In this document: piece by piece, positions 38,605 through 52,208 of the stretch | Layout of the letters: the number at the start of each line of letters is the position of its first letter | Numbering within the stretch: position 1 is the stretch's first letter | NCBI RefSeq assembly: GCF_006345805.1 | Contig: NC_043015.1 | Location: forward strand, 49,600,001-49,664,000 | DNA length: 64,000 bases | Origin: Octopus sinensis | Lineage: Eukaryota | Direction: 5' to 3' | Program-made: the position numbers and the translations under genes | The notes under the pieces: model-generated | Seen by the model: only the letters and a program-made list of their open reading frames with translations | What the model was told of the DNA's origin: nothing | Database searches by the model: none

Positions 38605-39197
38605 CATAGTTGTGTGGTAAGAAGCTTCCTTCCCAACCACATAGTTCCGAGTTCAGTCCCACTGCGTGGCACCTTGGGCAAGTGTCTTCTCCTATAGCCT
38701 CTTTACTACCCACAAGAGGCTAAACACAGAGAAGACAAACAAGGACAGACAGACGGATTAAGTCGATTACATCGATGCCAGTGCGTAACTGGTACTTATT
38801 TAATCGACCCCGAAAGGATGAAAGGCAAAGTCGACACTCGGCGGAATTTGAACTCAGAACGTAGCGGCAGCCGAAATACCTATTTCTTTATACCCACAAG
38901 GGGACTAAAAATGGACAGACATAGGTATTAAGTCGATTATATCGACCCCAGTGCTTAACTGGTACTTAATTATCGACCCCGAAGAAAGGATGAAAGGCAA
39001 AGTCGACCTCGGCGGAATTGAACTCAGAACGTAACGGCAGACGAAATACCTATTTCTTTATTACCCAGAAGGGGCTAAACACAGAGGGGACAAACAAGGA
39101 CAGACATAGGTATTAAGTCGATTACATCGACCCCAGTGCGTAAATACCGCTAAGCATTTCGCCCGACGTGCTTACGTTTCTGTCAGACCGCCGCCTT
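38605..39197. mobile_element. SINE B head (+) followed by SINE A trimer (-, 38700-39197)
   Basis: Two GAAATACC|TATTTC junctions at ~38877 and ~39047. Confidence 0.85.
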
Positions 39198-40119
39198 CCC
39201 GTACACGTATATTAAATAGTTGAAGGTTATATCCAGTTTACAGGCCAATTATTGCCGATTCTCCCTGAAGCGAATGGTAGAAATGCAATGCCAGAACGTG
39301 TCCGAATAAAATCACCTGAAGTCTTTTACTTCGGAACCCTTTTTATATATATATCATCCTAGCGGAAACGACCTTCTGTTTTTGTCTATTCTGGCTCGTG
39401 TGAAAATAAATCCTTGTTAATCGATTATTAACCTACCTTCCAAATATCACTGTGGCCTTGTTCACAACAATGTAAATAATCTAATATTTATAGATAACTC
39501 ATTTGTTTTCAAAACAATTGCGTCTCAATCCTGGCGTTTTGTATTAAAGTACATATCTGAAGGGGTGGGGTGAGAGTGTGTGAGGGAATTATGTCAGTTT
39601 GTTTCAATCGATTACCATAATCAATATACGGTTTTAATAGTCCTTTTTTTTATTTTAATTATTGGTTTTCTATCGATCCCAGCTCGTCATATAAAATAAG
39701 TAGATGCCTAAAACAGCTAATTTTCTGCTACATTTTCGTAACCAATTTTAAAACAATTGATTTCTTTTGAGTAACGTAAATAAGCACTAGAAATTTTATC
39801 GGAGACTAGAACGAATCTATACAACATTCTCTTATTCGCGTTTTTTTATTTATTATAAACGTAGAAAAGGCGGCGAGCGAGCAGACTCGGTAGCAAGCCT
39901 TGCAATATCGCTTGTCGGCATTTCGTCCGTATTTGTGTTTCCGAGTTCAAATTCCGCTGAGATCGACTTTGTCTTTTTACTCTTTCGGGGTCAGTAAAAC
40001 AAGTGCCGAGGATGGCTCTATACCACATTCGAGTTCTTTTATTGTTGAAGACGTAGATCAGGGGTCACCAAACTTTTTTCACGGCGAGCCAGATCACGGA
40101 GAGAAAGAAGAGGGCGGGA

Positions 40120-40606
40120 AGGCGGTGAGCTGGCAGAAACGTTAGCACGCCGGGTGAAATGCGTGGCCGTATTTCGTCTGCCGTTACGCTCTGAGTTCAA
40201 ATTCCGCCGAGGTCCACTTTGCCTTTCATCCTTTCGGGGTCGATAAATTAAGTACTTGTTACGCACTGGAGTCGATGTGATCGACTTAATCCCTTTGCCT
40301 GTCCTTGTTTGTCCTCTCTGTGTTTAGCTCCTTGTGGGTAGTAAAGAAATAGGTATTTCGTCCGTCTTTTCGTTCTGAGTTCAAATTCCGCTGAGGTTGA
40401 CTTTGCCTTTTATCCTTTCGGGGTCGATTAAATAGGTACCAGTTACGCACTGGGGTCGATATAATCGACTTAATTCGTTTGTCTGTCCGTTCTGGGTTCA
40501 TTCCCACTGTGTGGCACCTTGGGTAAGTGTCTTCTACTATAGCCTTGGGCCGACCAAAACCTTGTGAGTGGATCTGGTAGACGGAAACTGAAAGAAGCCC
40601 GTCGTA
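40120..40606 (+). mobile_element. SINE A dimer fused to a SINE B fragment
   Basis: Junction at ~40352; B sequence from ~40490. Confidence 0.85.
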
Positions 40607-41003
40607 TTTATATATATACTAGCAGTATCGCCCGGCGTTGCTCAGGTTTGTAAGGGAAATAACTATAAAGCATTTTTAGAGAGTTATAGCCAAAGAATAG
40701 CAAAAAAATGAAAAAAATTATGGTAAATTTTTTTTTGATAGTAAAAAGGGAGTTGCGTCCTACACAGTTTGTGGTTTTGTGTCCTGATTCTCGACCCATG
40801 TCGAATTTATCGTTTTTTTCAGAACTGGGGGAACTTTTCAAAATTTTCACTGCGTTAGTTTTGAATTATGACATTGGGCTATGTGTGTGTCAAGTTTCAT
40901 CAGAATCGGTTTGAAAGCCGTGGTCCGGGTGAGGGTACAAGCAAACAGACACACCGAAACACGCACAGACAAAACTGCCGCTTATATATATATATATTAT
41001 ATA

Positions 41004-41077
<74 letters not shown>

Positions 41078-41287
41078 TATTTGTGCGTTTGTGTTTGTAC
41101 GCCCATCATCGCTTGACACCGATAAAATAAGTACCAGGCTTACGAAAAAATATGTCCGGGGGTCGGTTTGTTCGATTAAAAGGTGTTGCTCCTGTATGGC
41201 CGCAGTCAAAAGACTGAAACAAGTAAAAAACAAAAAAAAGAATTTCGTGATGTAGTGACGAGCTATTATTATCAGTTATATATATTT

Positions 41288-41673
41288 TGTGGTAAGTAGC
41301 TTGCTTACGAACCACATGGTTCCGGGTTCAATCCCACTGCGTGGCACCTTGGGCAAGTGTCTTCTACTATAGCCTCGGGCTGACCAATGCCTTGTGAGTG
41401 GATTTGGTAGACGGAAACTGGAAGAAGCCTGTCGTATATATGTCTATATATATATATATGCGTGTGTGTGTTTGTGTGTCTGTGTTTGTCCCCCTAGTAT
41501 TGCTTGACAACCGATGCTGGTGTGTTTACGTCCCCGTTATCTAGCTGTTCGGCAAAAAGAGACCAATAGAATAAGTACTGGGCTTACAGAAAATAAGTCG
41601 CGGGGTCGATTTGCTCGACTAAAGGCGATGCTCCAGCATGGCCGCAGTCAAATGATTGAAACCAGTAAAAAGA
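41288..41673 (+). mobile_element. SINE family B (young subfamily)
   Basis: Homology. Confidence 0.88.
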
Positions 41674-42621
41674 TTAAAGCGGTAGGAAGCACCATTCCGC
41701 TAATTCACTACTTTGGTTTCGTTTTGTATCTTTTACGATGTCCAATATTTCGTTTTATTTCTTCAAATTTAGGTGGTTTTGATCAAAATAGCCAACAAGT
41801 TTTTCCGGGAAAAACAAAAAAAAGTCAACGAACTCTGAACTGTTTATTTATTTATTATTTATTTATATACTTTCTTTGGCGTTAACTTCATTCGCACATG
41901 GGGCATTTAAAATTTTTTTTGTGTGTGTGTGTATATATATATATGGTGCAACAACCCCTGACGGTCCGAAACCGAGTGGTCACTGCGAGGTCAAGCACCA
42001 ATTAATTTATTCACGACAGTTTCACTTTGGACGGTCGGCATGTTGTCTTTTAATCCGTTCAGAAAAATGGGAATGGGCGGAGGGGAGAAATATGCTAATT
42101 GTATATCCTCCTCTCATTCTTCGTTCCTTTCTCTCACTCACTCTCTCTCTACTCCTCCCGCTCTGTCTCTCACTCACTCTCTCTCTCTTTATCTCTATCT
42201 CCTCCCGTCACTCGTGCTTTTTTTATTCAAGCTATGTAAACATCCCGGCAGTGTTTGTACGTATCTAAAACAGAGAAATACTACCATTTTCTCTGTCGTC
42301 CGTAATGACAGCTTGGTTTCATTTGGATAAAAGCTAACGACGGTAAAATACACATTTTATTTCTTACACACACACACACACACACAGCATTTATACACAC
42401 ACACGCAGCATTTATACACCTGTACATACTCATACATAAATATATATATATATACAGACACATGTTATATATACATACAGACGCATGTAAACATACATTA
42501 TTCATATAAATATATATACATACACACTTGGACACAAATACATATACACATACCTACATACTTAGACACATGATATACATACAGACGCATATATTACATA
42601 CATACACACACATGTAAACAT

Positions 42622-42652
<31 letters not shown>

Positions 42653-42712
42653 ATATACTCAACATTCATAATGCATACGTACTCTTTCAAATCCATACAC
42701 TACACACACACA

Positions 42713-42753
<41 letters not shown>

Positions 42754-42977
42754 ATATATATATATATATATACATATACATGTATATATATATATAAATA
42801 TTATATATACATATACATGTATATTATATATAATATATACTATACATGTATAGATATATATTATATATAATACATATACATGTATATATATATTATATAT
42901 ATAATAAATAACATGTCATATTATATAATATTAGTATATATATATAATATATACATGTACATGAATAGATATATATA

Positions 42978-43014
<37 letters not shown>

Positions 43015-43137
43015 CATGTTATATTATATATTATACATATACATGTATATTATATATATATATATACATATACATGTATAATATATATTATATACATATA
43101 CATGCTTATATATATATATATACATATACATGTATAA

Positions 43138-43177
<40 letters not shown>

Positions 43178-44564
43178 ATATACGCACACATGGCTAGCAA
43201 CATGGTAGGATTGACGTAAGATGTGTTTTAAGCAGTTTCTCTCTTTCTCTCTCTTCTTGTGCTGGGGGGGGTGAGAGGAGGGGGGAGGGCGTTCGTGCCT
43301 GATAAAATGTATCGAGTTTGCTTTTAAACTTTCTCTCTTATCCGCGTTCGTTAAAAGCTCGCCTTCATCACTATTTTGTTATTGTACTATATATATATAT
43401 ATTACTCACACACACAGAAATACACACGTTTATACGTACGAACTTATATATATACATTCACACGTATACAATAAATATGTCCATATCCTGAAAGTTTAGG
43501 ATATTGCTATTGTTTTTTTTTTTTTTTTTACTTATCCACTCTCTCTCTCTCATACACATGCGACTTTCTTATACATACGTAGCTCACACACATACATACT
43601 TATCCGTCCTAGTTGTGAAAGTATGATAGATTGCTTGTTTATATTATGCTTTCTCTCTCTATCTCTCTCACGCATACACACACCACACACGTACATATAT
43701 ATATATATATACACACGTCACTCTTTTTATATGTATTTCGCTGATACACACATATCGGTTCACTATAATTTGTTACGCACCTTAATCTTTATACTATATC
43801 CGTCATACACACACATATACATACATACACACATATACATACATACACACATATACACATGCATACACACCTACATATGCATACATACACATGCACACAT
43901 ATACATAGACACATATATACACATATACATACATAATACACACACATACATGCATATACATCTACACATGCATACACACATACATGCCCACATACATATA
44001 CATACATACACACATATATACATATATACACACACATATACACACATACATACACACATAAATACACACATATTCACTTATATACACACATATACACATA
44101 CATACACACACATTACACACATATATACACATACTCACTTATATACACTTACACACATATATATACATACATATATACACTCATTTATACTTACACACAC
44201 ATATATACACATACATACATACACACATACATTTATTGCTTTCTAGTAATTTACTATTATCTTCCAAATTAACAATGTCACTCGTAAATGTTTTCTCTGC
44301 TAAGTTACTAAACACACCAGTAGTAAGTAGTACTATTAGTATATTAGTGTTACTACTACTACTACTCACTATTAACAATTACTACTGCTGCTGCTGCTAG
44401 TCATGCCTCGTAGCTTACCATCCTGTATTAGTAATCTTTTTCAAACATTGTTTAGTACTTCAAGTGTTAAAAAGAGGGAGAGATAGAGAGAGACAGGATG
44501 AGAGCGACAGAGGGAAAGACCGGCTTTAGTTTTCTCTTTCCCTCTCTCTCTCCCTCTCATTTCC

Positions 44565-46050
44565 TTTTCTACTCTAGGCACAAGGCACGAAATTTGGGGG
44601 GGACGTAACTGGTATATTTAATTTATCGACTCCGAAAGGATGAAAGGCAAAGTCCTATACCTCGGCGGAATTTGAACTCAGAACGTAAAAACAGACGAAA
44701 TACCTATTTCTTTACTACCCACAAGGGGATAAACACAGAGAGGACAAAGCAAGGACAGACAAACGTATTAAGTCGATTACATCAACCCAGTGCGTAACTG
44801 GTACTTAATTTATCGACCCCGAAAGGATAAAAGTCAAAGTCTACCTCGGCGGAATTTGAACTCAGAAAGTAAAAACAGACGAAATACCTATTTCTTTACT
44901 ACCCACAAGGGGATAAACACAGAGAGGACAAGCAAGGACAGACAAACGGATTAAGTCGATTACATCGACCCCAGTGCGTAACTGGTACTTAATTTATCGA
45001 CCCCGAAAGGATAAAAGGCAAAGTCTACCTCGGCGGAATTTGAACTCAGAAAGTAAAAACAGACGAAATACCTATTTCTTTATTACCCACAAGGGGCTAA
45101 ACACAGAGAGGACAAGCAAGGACAGACAAACGGATTAAGTCGATTATATCGACCCCAGTGCGTAACTGGTACTTCAATTTATCGACCCCGAAAGGATAAA
45201 AGGCAAAGTCTACCTCGGCGGAATTTGAACTCAGAAAGTAAAAACAGACGAAATACCTATTTCTTTACTACCCACAAGGGGCTAAACACAGAGAGGACAA
45301 GCAAGGACAGACAAACGGATTAAGTCGATTATATCGACCCCAGTGCGTAACTGGTACTTCAATTTATCGACCCCAAAAGGATAAAAGGCAAAGTCTATCC
45401 TCGGGGCGGAATTTGAACTCAGAAATTAAAAACAGACGAAAATACCATTTCTTTATTACCCACAAGGGGCTAAACACAGTGGGGACAAACAAGGACAGAC
45501 AAACGGATTAAGTCGATTATATCGACCCCAGTGCGTAAGGTACTTCAATTTATCGACCCCAAAAGGATAAAAGGCAAAGTCTACCTCGGCGGAATTTGAA
45601 CTCAGAAATTAAAAACAGACGAAATACCTATTTCTTTATTACCCACAAGGGGCTAAACACAGAGAGGACAAGCAAGGACAGACAAACGGATTAAGTCGAT
45701 TACATCGACCCCAGTGCGTAACTGGTACTTCAATTTATCGACCCCAAAAGGATAAAAGGCAAAGTCTACCTCGGCGGAATTTGAACTCAGAAATTAAAAA
45801 CAGACGAAATACCTATTTCTTTACTACCCACAAGGGGCTAAACACAGAGAGGACAAGCAAGGACAGACAAACGGATTAAGTCGATTATATCGACCCCAGT
45901 GCGTAACTGGTACTTCAATTTATCGACCCCAAAAGGATAAAAGGCAAAGTCTACCTCGGCGGAATTTGAACTCGCAACGTAAAAACAGACGAAATACCGC
46001 TTCAGCATTTCGTCCGGCCTGCTAACAGCGATACTGCCGGCTCGCCGCAT
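44565..46050 (-). repeat. SINE-A-derived tandem array: one head, seven ~185-bp units, terminal A2-tailed unit
   Basis: Junctions at ~44701, 44885, 45069, 45254, 45443, 45625, 45810; TSD CTCTCATTTCC at 44554-44564 and 46052-46062. Confidence 0.93.
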
Positions 46051-46242
46051 TCTCTCATTTCCGTTAAACCATCTCTGAGCATGTGTCTATATTCTTCATA
46101 CGTACACCAAACATCCGATCCGTGTTCCTGTTGTGTTTATTAGTGCATTCATTCTCAGTAGCACCCTAAAGCACGTACACACACACATACAGGCCATCTA
46201 CGGCAATCTTTCGTTTTGACTCGAAATAATGTAAACATTAAA

Positions 46243-46641
46243 CAGGAGTGGCTGTGTGGTAAGTAGCTTGCTAACCAACCACATGGTTCCGAGTTCAGTC
46301 CCACTGCGTGGCATCTTGGGCAAGTGTCTTCTGCTATAGCCTCGGGCCGACCAAAGCCTTGTGAGTGGATTTGGTAGACGGAAACTGAAAGAAGCCCGTC
46401 GTATATATGTATGTATGTATGTATATATATGCGTGTTTGTGTGTCTGTGTTTGTCACCCTAGCATTGCTTGACAACCGATACTGGTGTGTTTACGTCCCC
46501 CCGTAACTTAGCGGTTCGGCAAAAGTGACCGATAGAATAAGTACTAGGCTTACAAAGAATAAGTCCTTGGGTCGATTAGCTCGACTAAAGGCGGTACTCC
46601 AGCATGGCCGCAGTCAAATATGACTGAAACAAGTAAAAGAG
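46243..46641 (+). mobile_element. SINE family B
   Basis: Homology. Confidence 0.9.
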
Positions 46642-46969
46642 ATTTAACAAAGAGAAGAAAACACACCATTTAAGCTTTCAACGAAAGCTTGTTAAGAATA
46701 AATGTTAAGTGTCTTGTTAAATTCCTTTCAACCACTTGAAGTATTTAAATTTTTCACTAGATTTTTTTTTTTAATCAACGCTGATGTAATTTCTGGGAAA
46801 AATGAATAAAATTTTCGTCCAGCGCAAGAAAAACATCTTTTAAAAAATAAATTGGAAAAAATTTTAAATAATTCGAGTGGTACGAAAAAAAATTTAACGA
46901 GATCCCTTTTGATACTACATTTCTGTCAAAATAGATCCCTTTTGTTTCAGTTATTTTGAAAATAATTGA

Positions 46970-47082
46970 GGCCATATCACGTTGAAAACACAGGGTTCTC
47001 GTCCGATCACCGAAGTCAAGCAACGTCGAACCTAGTTAGTACTTAGATGGGTGACCGCTTGGGAAACCTAGGTGATGTAAAC
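46970..47082 (+). pseudogene. Solitary 5S rRNA pseudogene (mollusc-type)
   Basis: GGCCATATCACGTTGAAAACAC..GGTTCTCGTCCGATCACCGAAGTCAAGCAACGTCG...GTTAGTACTTAGATGGGTGACCGCTTGGGAA...GTAAAC; first ~6 nt missing, no T4 terminator, not in an array. Confidence 0.9.
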
Positions 47083-47096
47083 GTCACATGTTTATA

Positions 47097-47484
47097 GGCG
47101 TAGAAGTGGCTGTGTGGTAAGTAGCTTGCTTACGAATCACATGGTTCCGGGTTCAATCCCACTGCGTGGCACCTTGGGCAAGTGTCTTCTACTATAGCAT
47201 CGGGCCGACCAAAGCCTTGTGAGTGGATTTTGTAGACGAAAACTGAAAGAAGTCCGTCGTATATATGTATGTATGTATGTATTTGTCCCCTCCAACATCG
47301 CTTGACAATCGATGCTAGTGTGTTTACGTCTCCGTAACTTAGCGGTTCGGCAAAAGTAATAGATAAAATAAGTACTAGATTTCCAAAGAATAAGGCTTGG
47401 TGTCGATCTTGCTCAACTAAAGGCGGTGCTCCAGCATGGCCGCAGTCAAATGACTGAAACAAGTAAAAAAAAAAGAGTAAAGAG
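47097..47484 (+). mobile_element. SINE family B directly downstream of the 5S copy
   Basis: Homology; starts 14 nt after the 5S 3' end. Confidence 0.9.
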
Positions 47485-47857
47485 TTTAGGAAAATAACTC
47501 TGTTACTATTTTAGCCTGTTGTTCAGAACATGAATTAACATGGAATTTCGATGGAAAGTTTAAATTTAGATGACTTTCGACATGAAATTTGTATCAATGA
47601 GGCCAAGGCGTTCTCAGGCAGGTTGGTATCAAAAGAATTAAAACATTTTCTAAAGTATCAACTGCCCAGAGTGCAAAAAAACTAAGTGTCAAGATATTTA
47701 TAAAGAGAAAAAGAAAATCACGAACCTGAAAACATGTCACCTGGGACAATGACAATGGGCGTCCCTGTGGGATGAATTGGGGGCTTTGACAGTCTGTTAT
47801 ACCTATTATTTCTATTGTTTAATCCCAGCCTAGGCCTAATCGAGCAGTTTCTACAGT

Positions 47858-48060
47858 GGAGGCGCAATGACCCAATGGTTAGGGCGGCGGACTCTCGGTC
47901 GGAGGATCGCAGTTTCGATTCCCTGACCGGACGTTGTGTGTGTTTATTGAGCGAAAACACCTAAAGCTCCACGAGGCTCGGGCAGGGGGGTGGCGGGTGG
48001 CGAACCCTGTTGTACTCTTTCGCTCCAACTTTTTCTCACTCTTTCTTCCAGTTTCTTGTC
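47858..48060 (+). mobile_element. SINE family C head/body, 3'-truncated
   Basis: Homology. Confidence 0.85.
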
Positions 48061-48324
48061 CCCGACTTCCTACGCAACCGCTGAGTCTGGATGCGCAGTC
48101 ATCCATCCGTCGATGCTCTCGGTGTCGGGGGTTGACCTGCATTCTCTTCTGCGGATCTTACGAATAGCAAAGGACCACGTTTCGGACTTCTCCCATCTTG
48201 CGAGCTCTGAGACGAAGACCGTTCGCTCAACAGCAACAGCAGAGTCTACAATTGGCATTCTTTCGATATAGCTCGACAAAATCAAAACATTTCACTTCGG
48301 GTATTTCCGTGGGTTGTGGAGTAT

Positions 48325-48521
48325 AAAAAATAAATAAATGCGCCCTTTTTAAAGCCTAGCCAGGTTCATGGGCTCGGTTTCTGTGGCGTATGTGTTCCCT
48401 AGCTGGACGGGACGCCAGTCCATCCCAGCGTTACTCATTTTTGCCAGCTGAGTGGACTGGAGCAACGTGAAATGAAGCGTTTTACTCAAGAACACAATGC
48501 GTCGCCCGGTCCAGGAACCGA
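48325..48521 (-). mobile_element. Different CORE-like SINE body (D) carrying the C1 tail
   Basis: GTGTTCTTGAGTAAAACGCTTCATTTCACGTTGCTCCAG body joined to GATGGACTGGCGTCCCGTCCAG...GGGCGCATTTATTTA. Confidence 0.7.
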
Positions 48522-48806
48522 TTTTGGCTTGTTTACATCCCCATAATACCGCGATTCGACAAAATACAACCTGTGCTTAAATAATGAGTACTAAGGCCTA
48601 TTTGTTCGACTAAACAATTGAAGAGGGCCGTAGTCCAATGACTGAAGTCCCTAGAAGGCCGTAGTCCAATGACTGAAACAAACGATTAAAGATAACCTAA
48701 TCCTGTGAGATTAAGTAAAATCGATCGAAACGATCGGAGGTTTTAGAGTGGTGGTAGAGTAGGGGCGCGTTGCTTCGTTTTAACTCGACAAAACTATAAC
48801 AAGACC

Positions 48807-49061
48807 TCGGTTGTTTCCGTGTCAACTCGACAATTCACTTCGGATATCTTCGTGACCTCAGTAACAGTGTGGGTGTCCTGTTTTTAATGTATTTACGTGT
48901 TGTGGAATGTAGATATAACGAAATTATGCCAGCAAAAAGCCTTGCATATTTGTTCTTACCTGCTTCGTGTGTGTATGCTAAAACCTCGCAAATTTTCGGA
49001 GGTCACGAAGATATCCGAAGTGAATTGTCAATTTGTCATGTGTGGTCACGGAAACCACCGA
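48807..49061. mobile_element. MITE-like element with two-tier inverted repeats
   Basis: Perfect 31-bp IR 48829-48859/48999-49029 plus outer 15-bp IR 48807-48821/49047-49061. Confidence 0.65.
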
Positions 49062-49067
49062 ATACAT

Positions 49068-49281
49068 TACTCTTTTACTTGTTTCAGTCATTTGACTGCG
49101 GCCATGCTGGAGCACCGCCTTTCGTCGAGCAAATCGACCCCGGGACTTATTCTTTGTAAGCCCAGTACTTATTCTATCGGTCTCTTTTGCCGAACCGCCA
49201 AGTGACGGGGACGTAAACACAGCAGCATCGGTTGTCAAGCAATGCTAGGGGGACAACAGACACACACACACACACCACAAC

Positions 49282-49338
<57 letters not shown>

Positions 49339-49406
49339 CATATATACGACAGGCTTCTTTCAGTTTCATCTACTCACCATACTTACCATACAGCCACTCC
49401 TACGCC
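49068..49406 (-). mobile_element. SINE family B
   Basis: Homology. Confidence 0.85.
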
Positions 49407-49408
49407 TG

Positions 49409-49443
<35 letters not shown>

Positions 49444-49444
49444 C

Positions 49445-49990
49445 CTTTCTACAAAAGGCACAGGGGTTGAAATTTGGAGGGGGGGACTAGTTAATTACAT
49501 AGACCCCAATGTTTCACTGGTAGTTGATTTATCGACCCCGAAAGGATAAAAGGCAAAGTCGACCTCTGCGGAATTTGAACTCAGAATATAGCGACGGGTG
49601 AAATACCTATTTCTTTACCACCCACAAGGGGCTAAACAGAGAAAGGACAGACAAACGGATTAAGTCGATTATATCGACCCCAGTTCGTAACTGGTACTTA
49701 TTTAATCGACCCCGAAAGGATGAAAGGCAAAGTCGACCTCGGCGGAATTTGAACTCAGAACGTAACGGCAGACGAAATACCTATTTCTTTACTACCCACA
49801 AGTGGCTAAATACAGAGAGGAAAAACAAGGACAGACAAACGGATTAAGTCGATTATATCGACCCCAGTGCGTAACTAGCACTTATTTAATCGACCCCGAA
49901 AGGATGAAAGGCAAAGTCGACCTCGGCGGAATTTGAACTCAGAACGTAACGGCAGACGAAATACCGCAAAGCATTTCGCCCGACGTGCTA
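49445..49990 (-). mobile_element. SINE A trimer ending in an A2-like tail
   Basis: Junctions ~49604 and ~49778. Confidence 0.88.
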
Positions 49991-50544
49991 ACGTTTCTGC
50001 CAGCTCGCCGCATCAAATCTGTATATAATAATAAAAATAGACTGAATTTTATATTGATTGGCTATTTCTGACAGTAGAGGTCAAGAACTGGGCTACCTCT
50101 GATGAACAATTCCTTTAGTTCTTAAATTCTTCAGATATCTTACACGGTCCGATTGAAGTCATTGCTGGCTGTTTATATTAATTGATGTCGATCGAAGAGT
50201 TGCTATAGGTTTTCTTTCATTTAGCAATTAAATTGTTTGCTATTCAACAATGATATCATAAATATAATTAGTCAGATTCAAGCGAGATACTCAACGAAGC
50301 GACTAATCTCGAATATTTATTTCTATATCTCTGAGAAAAATCTCCCTGGTGTGTAGGAATAAAGATATACTTCTAACACTCTGGAATTGATTCGGTGTTG
50401 GTTTTCAGAAGATGTAATATAGATGTCGACGTAAGGGCCACACTTAATAAGGATCTCTTTGATTAAACACAACGGATTAGAATCGGATACATTGCGTATA
50501 TTACTCGTAGCTATTTAAGTACTCTGGTAGGAGATTTTTTTTTT

Positions 50545-50895
50545 TTTACTTGTTTCAGTCATTTGACTGAGGCCATACTGGAGCACCGCCTTTAGTCGAG
50601 CAAGTCGACCCCAGGACTTATTCTTTGGAAGCCTGGTACATACTCTATCGGTCACTTTTGGCGAACTTCTAAGTTATGGGAACGTAAACACACCAGCATT
50701 GGTTATCAAGCGATGTTGGGGAGACAAACACACACACATACATACATGTATATACATATATACGACGGGTTTCTTTCAGTTTCCGTCTACCAAATCCACT
50801 CACAAGGCTTTGGTCGGCCCGAGGCTATAGTAGAAGATACTTGCCCAAGGTGCCACGCAGTGAGAATGAACCCGGAACACAGCCACTACTGCGCC
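50545..50895 (-). mobile_element. SINE family B
   Basis: Homology. Confidence 0.85.
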
Positions 50896-50935
50896 TTTTA
50901 GCCACTCCTTATTATTATTACTGTTATTATAATTA

Positions 50936-51260
50936 AGGCGGCGAGCTAGCAGAATCGTTAGCACGCCGGGCGAAATGCGTAGCCGTATTTCGTCTGCCGC
51001 TACGTTCTGAGTTCAAATTCCGCCGAGGTAGACTTTGCCTTTCATCCTTTCGGGGTCAATGAAATAAGTACCAGTTACACACTGGGTCGATATAATCGAC
51101 TTAATCCGTTTGTCTGTCCTTGTTTGTCCCCCTCTGTGTTTAGCCCCTTGTGGGTAGTAAAGAAATAGGTATTTCGTCCGTCTTTACGGTCCGCGTTCAA
51201 ATAACGCCGAGGTGGACTTTGTCTTTCATCCTTTTGGAGTCAATGAGTTAAATACCAGCG
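50936..51260 (+). mobile_element. SINE A dimer
   Basis: Junction ~51168. Confidence 0.85.
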
Positions 51261-51632
51261 GTTGGTAAGCAAGGTACTTACCACACAGCCACTCCTACGC
51301 CTGTTAAATTATTTCCCATTTTCTGCATATTTTTTTTTTTTCTTTAACGTTCCTTTACTCTTCTTTTTTTTCAACCCATTGCATATAATACCATGAAAAA
51401 TTTAGTGTCAACAGCTATCTATAACCAGTTTCATCGTTCGCCTTTGCAAAAAAATTGCGAGGGTTGGGTTGAGGAGACTTTTATCAAATCAAAAGAAACC
51501 ATTTAATTATAAACAGCGTGTTATTGTTGTCATTCGTTTCTCGGCAGATTCCTGTTTGTAAGATTAGTATTTGTTAAGTTAGCAACAGACATGACCGCGC
51601 CAGCTTGCAGCGTAGGTTAAGACCCGTTTACA

Positions 51633-51669
<37 letters not shown>

Positions 51670-51809
51670 CAATGAGACAGGGTGGTAATAGGAAGAGTAT
51701 TGAGCGTGTGTATTTCGTTATTGATTTATTTTTTTTAATTCGTAATAGATTCGTGTTTGCTGCATATCAGCCTTATCACCACCACGCCTTTGGAGACACA
51801 CCTTAGTTG

Positions 51810-51874
<65 letters not shown>

Positions 51875-51876
<2 letters not shown>

Positions 51877-52208
51877 CGCAGGAGTGGTAGTGTGGTAAGT
51901 AGCTTGCTTACCAACTACAGTAATCCCGGTTCAGTCCCACTGCGTGGCACTCGGGCTGACCAAAGCCTTGTGAATGGATTTGGTAGACGGAAACTGAAAG
52001 AAGCTCGTTGTATATGTTTGTATGTCTATGTTTGTCCCCCCCCCCACATCACTTGACAATCGATCCTGGTGTGTTTACGTCCTCGTAACTTACCGGTTCG
52101 GCAAAAGAAACTGATAGAATAAGTACTAGACTTACAAGGAATAAGCTCCGGGGTCGATTTGCTCGACTAAAGGCGGTGCTACAGTCAAATGACCGAAACA
52201 AGTAAGAG
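51875..52208 (+). mobile_element. SINE family B
   Basis: Homology. Confidence 0.85.

Noticed and set aside
44565-46050. CRISPR array or retrozyme interpretation of the tandem array
   Set aside because: Units are contiguous with no unique spacers and are SINE-derived; no CUGANGA/GAAA core found on either strand.
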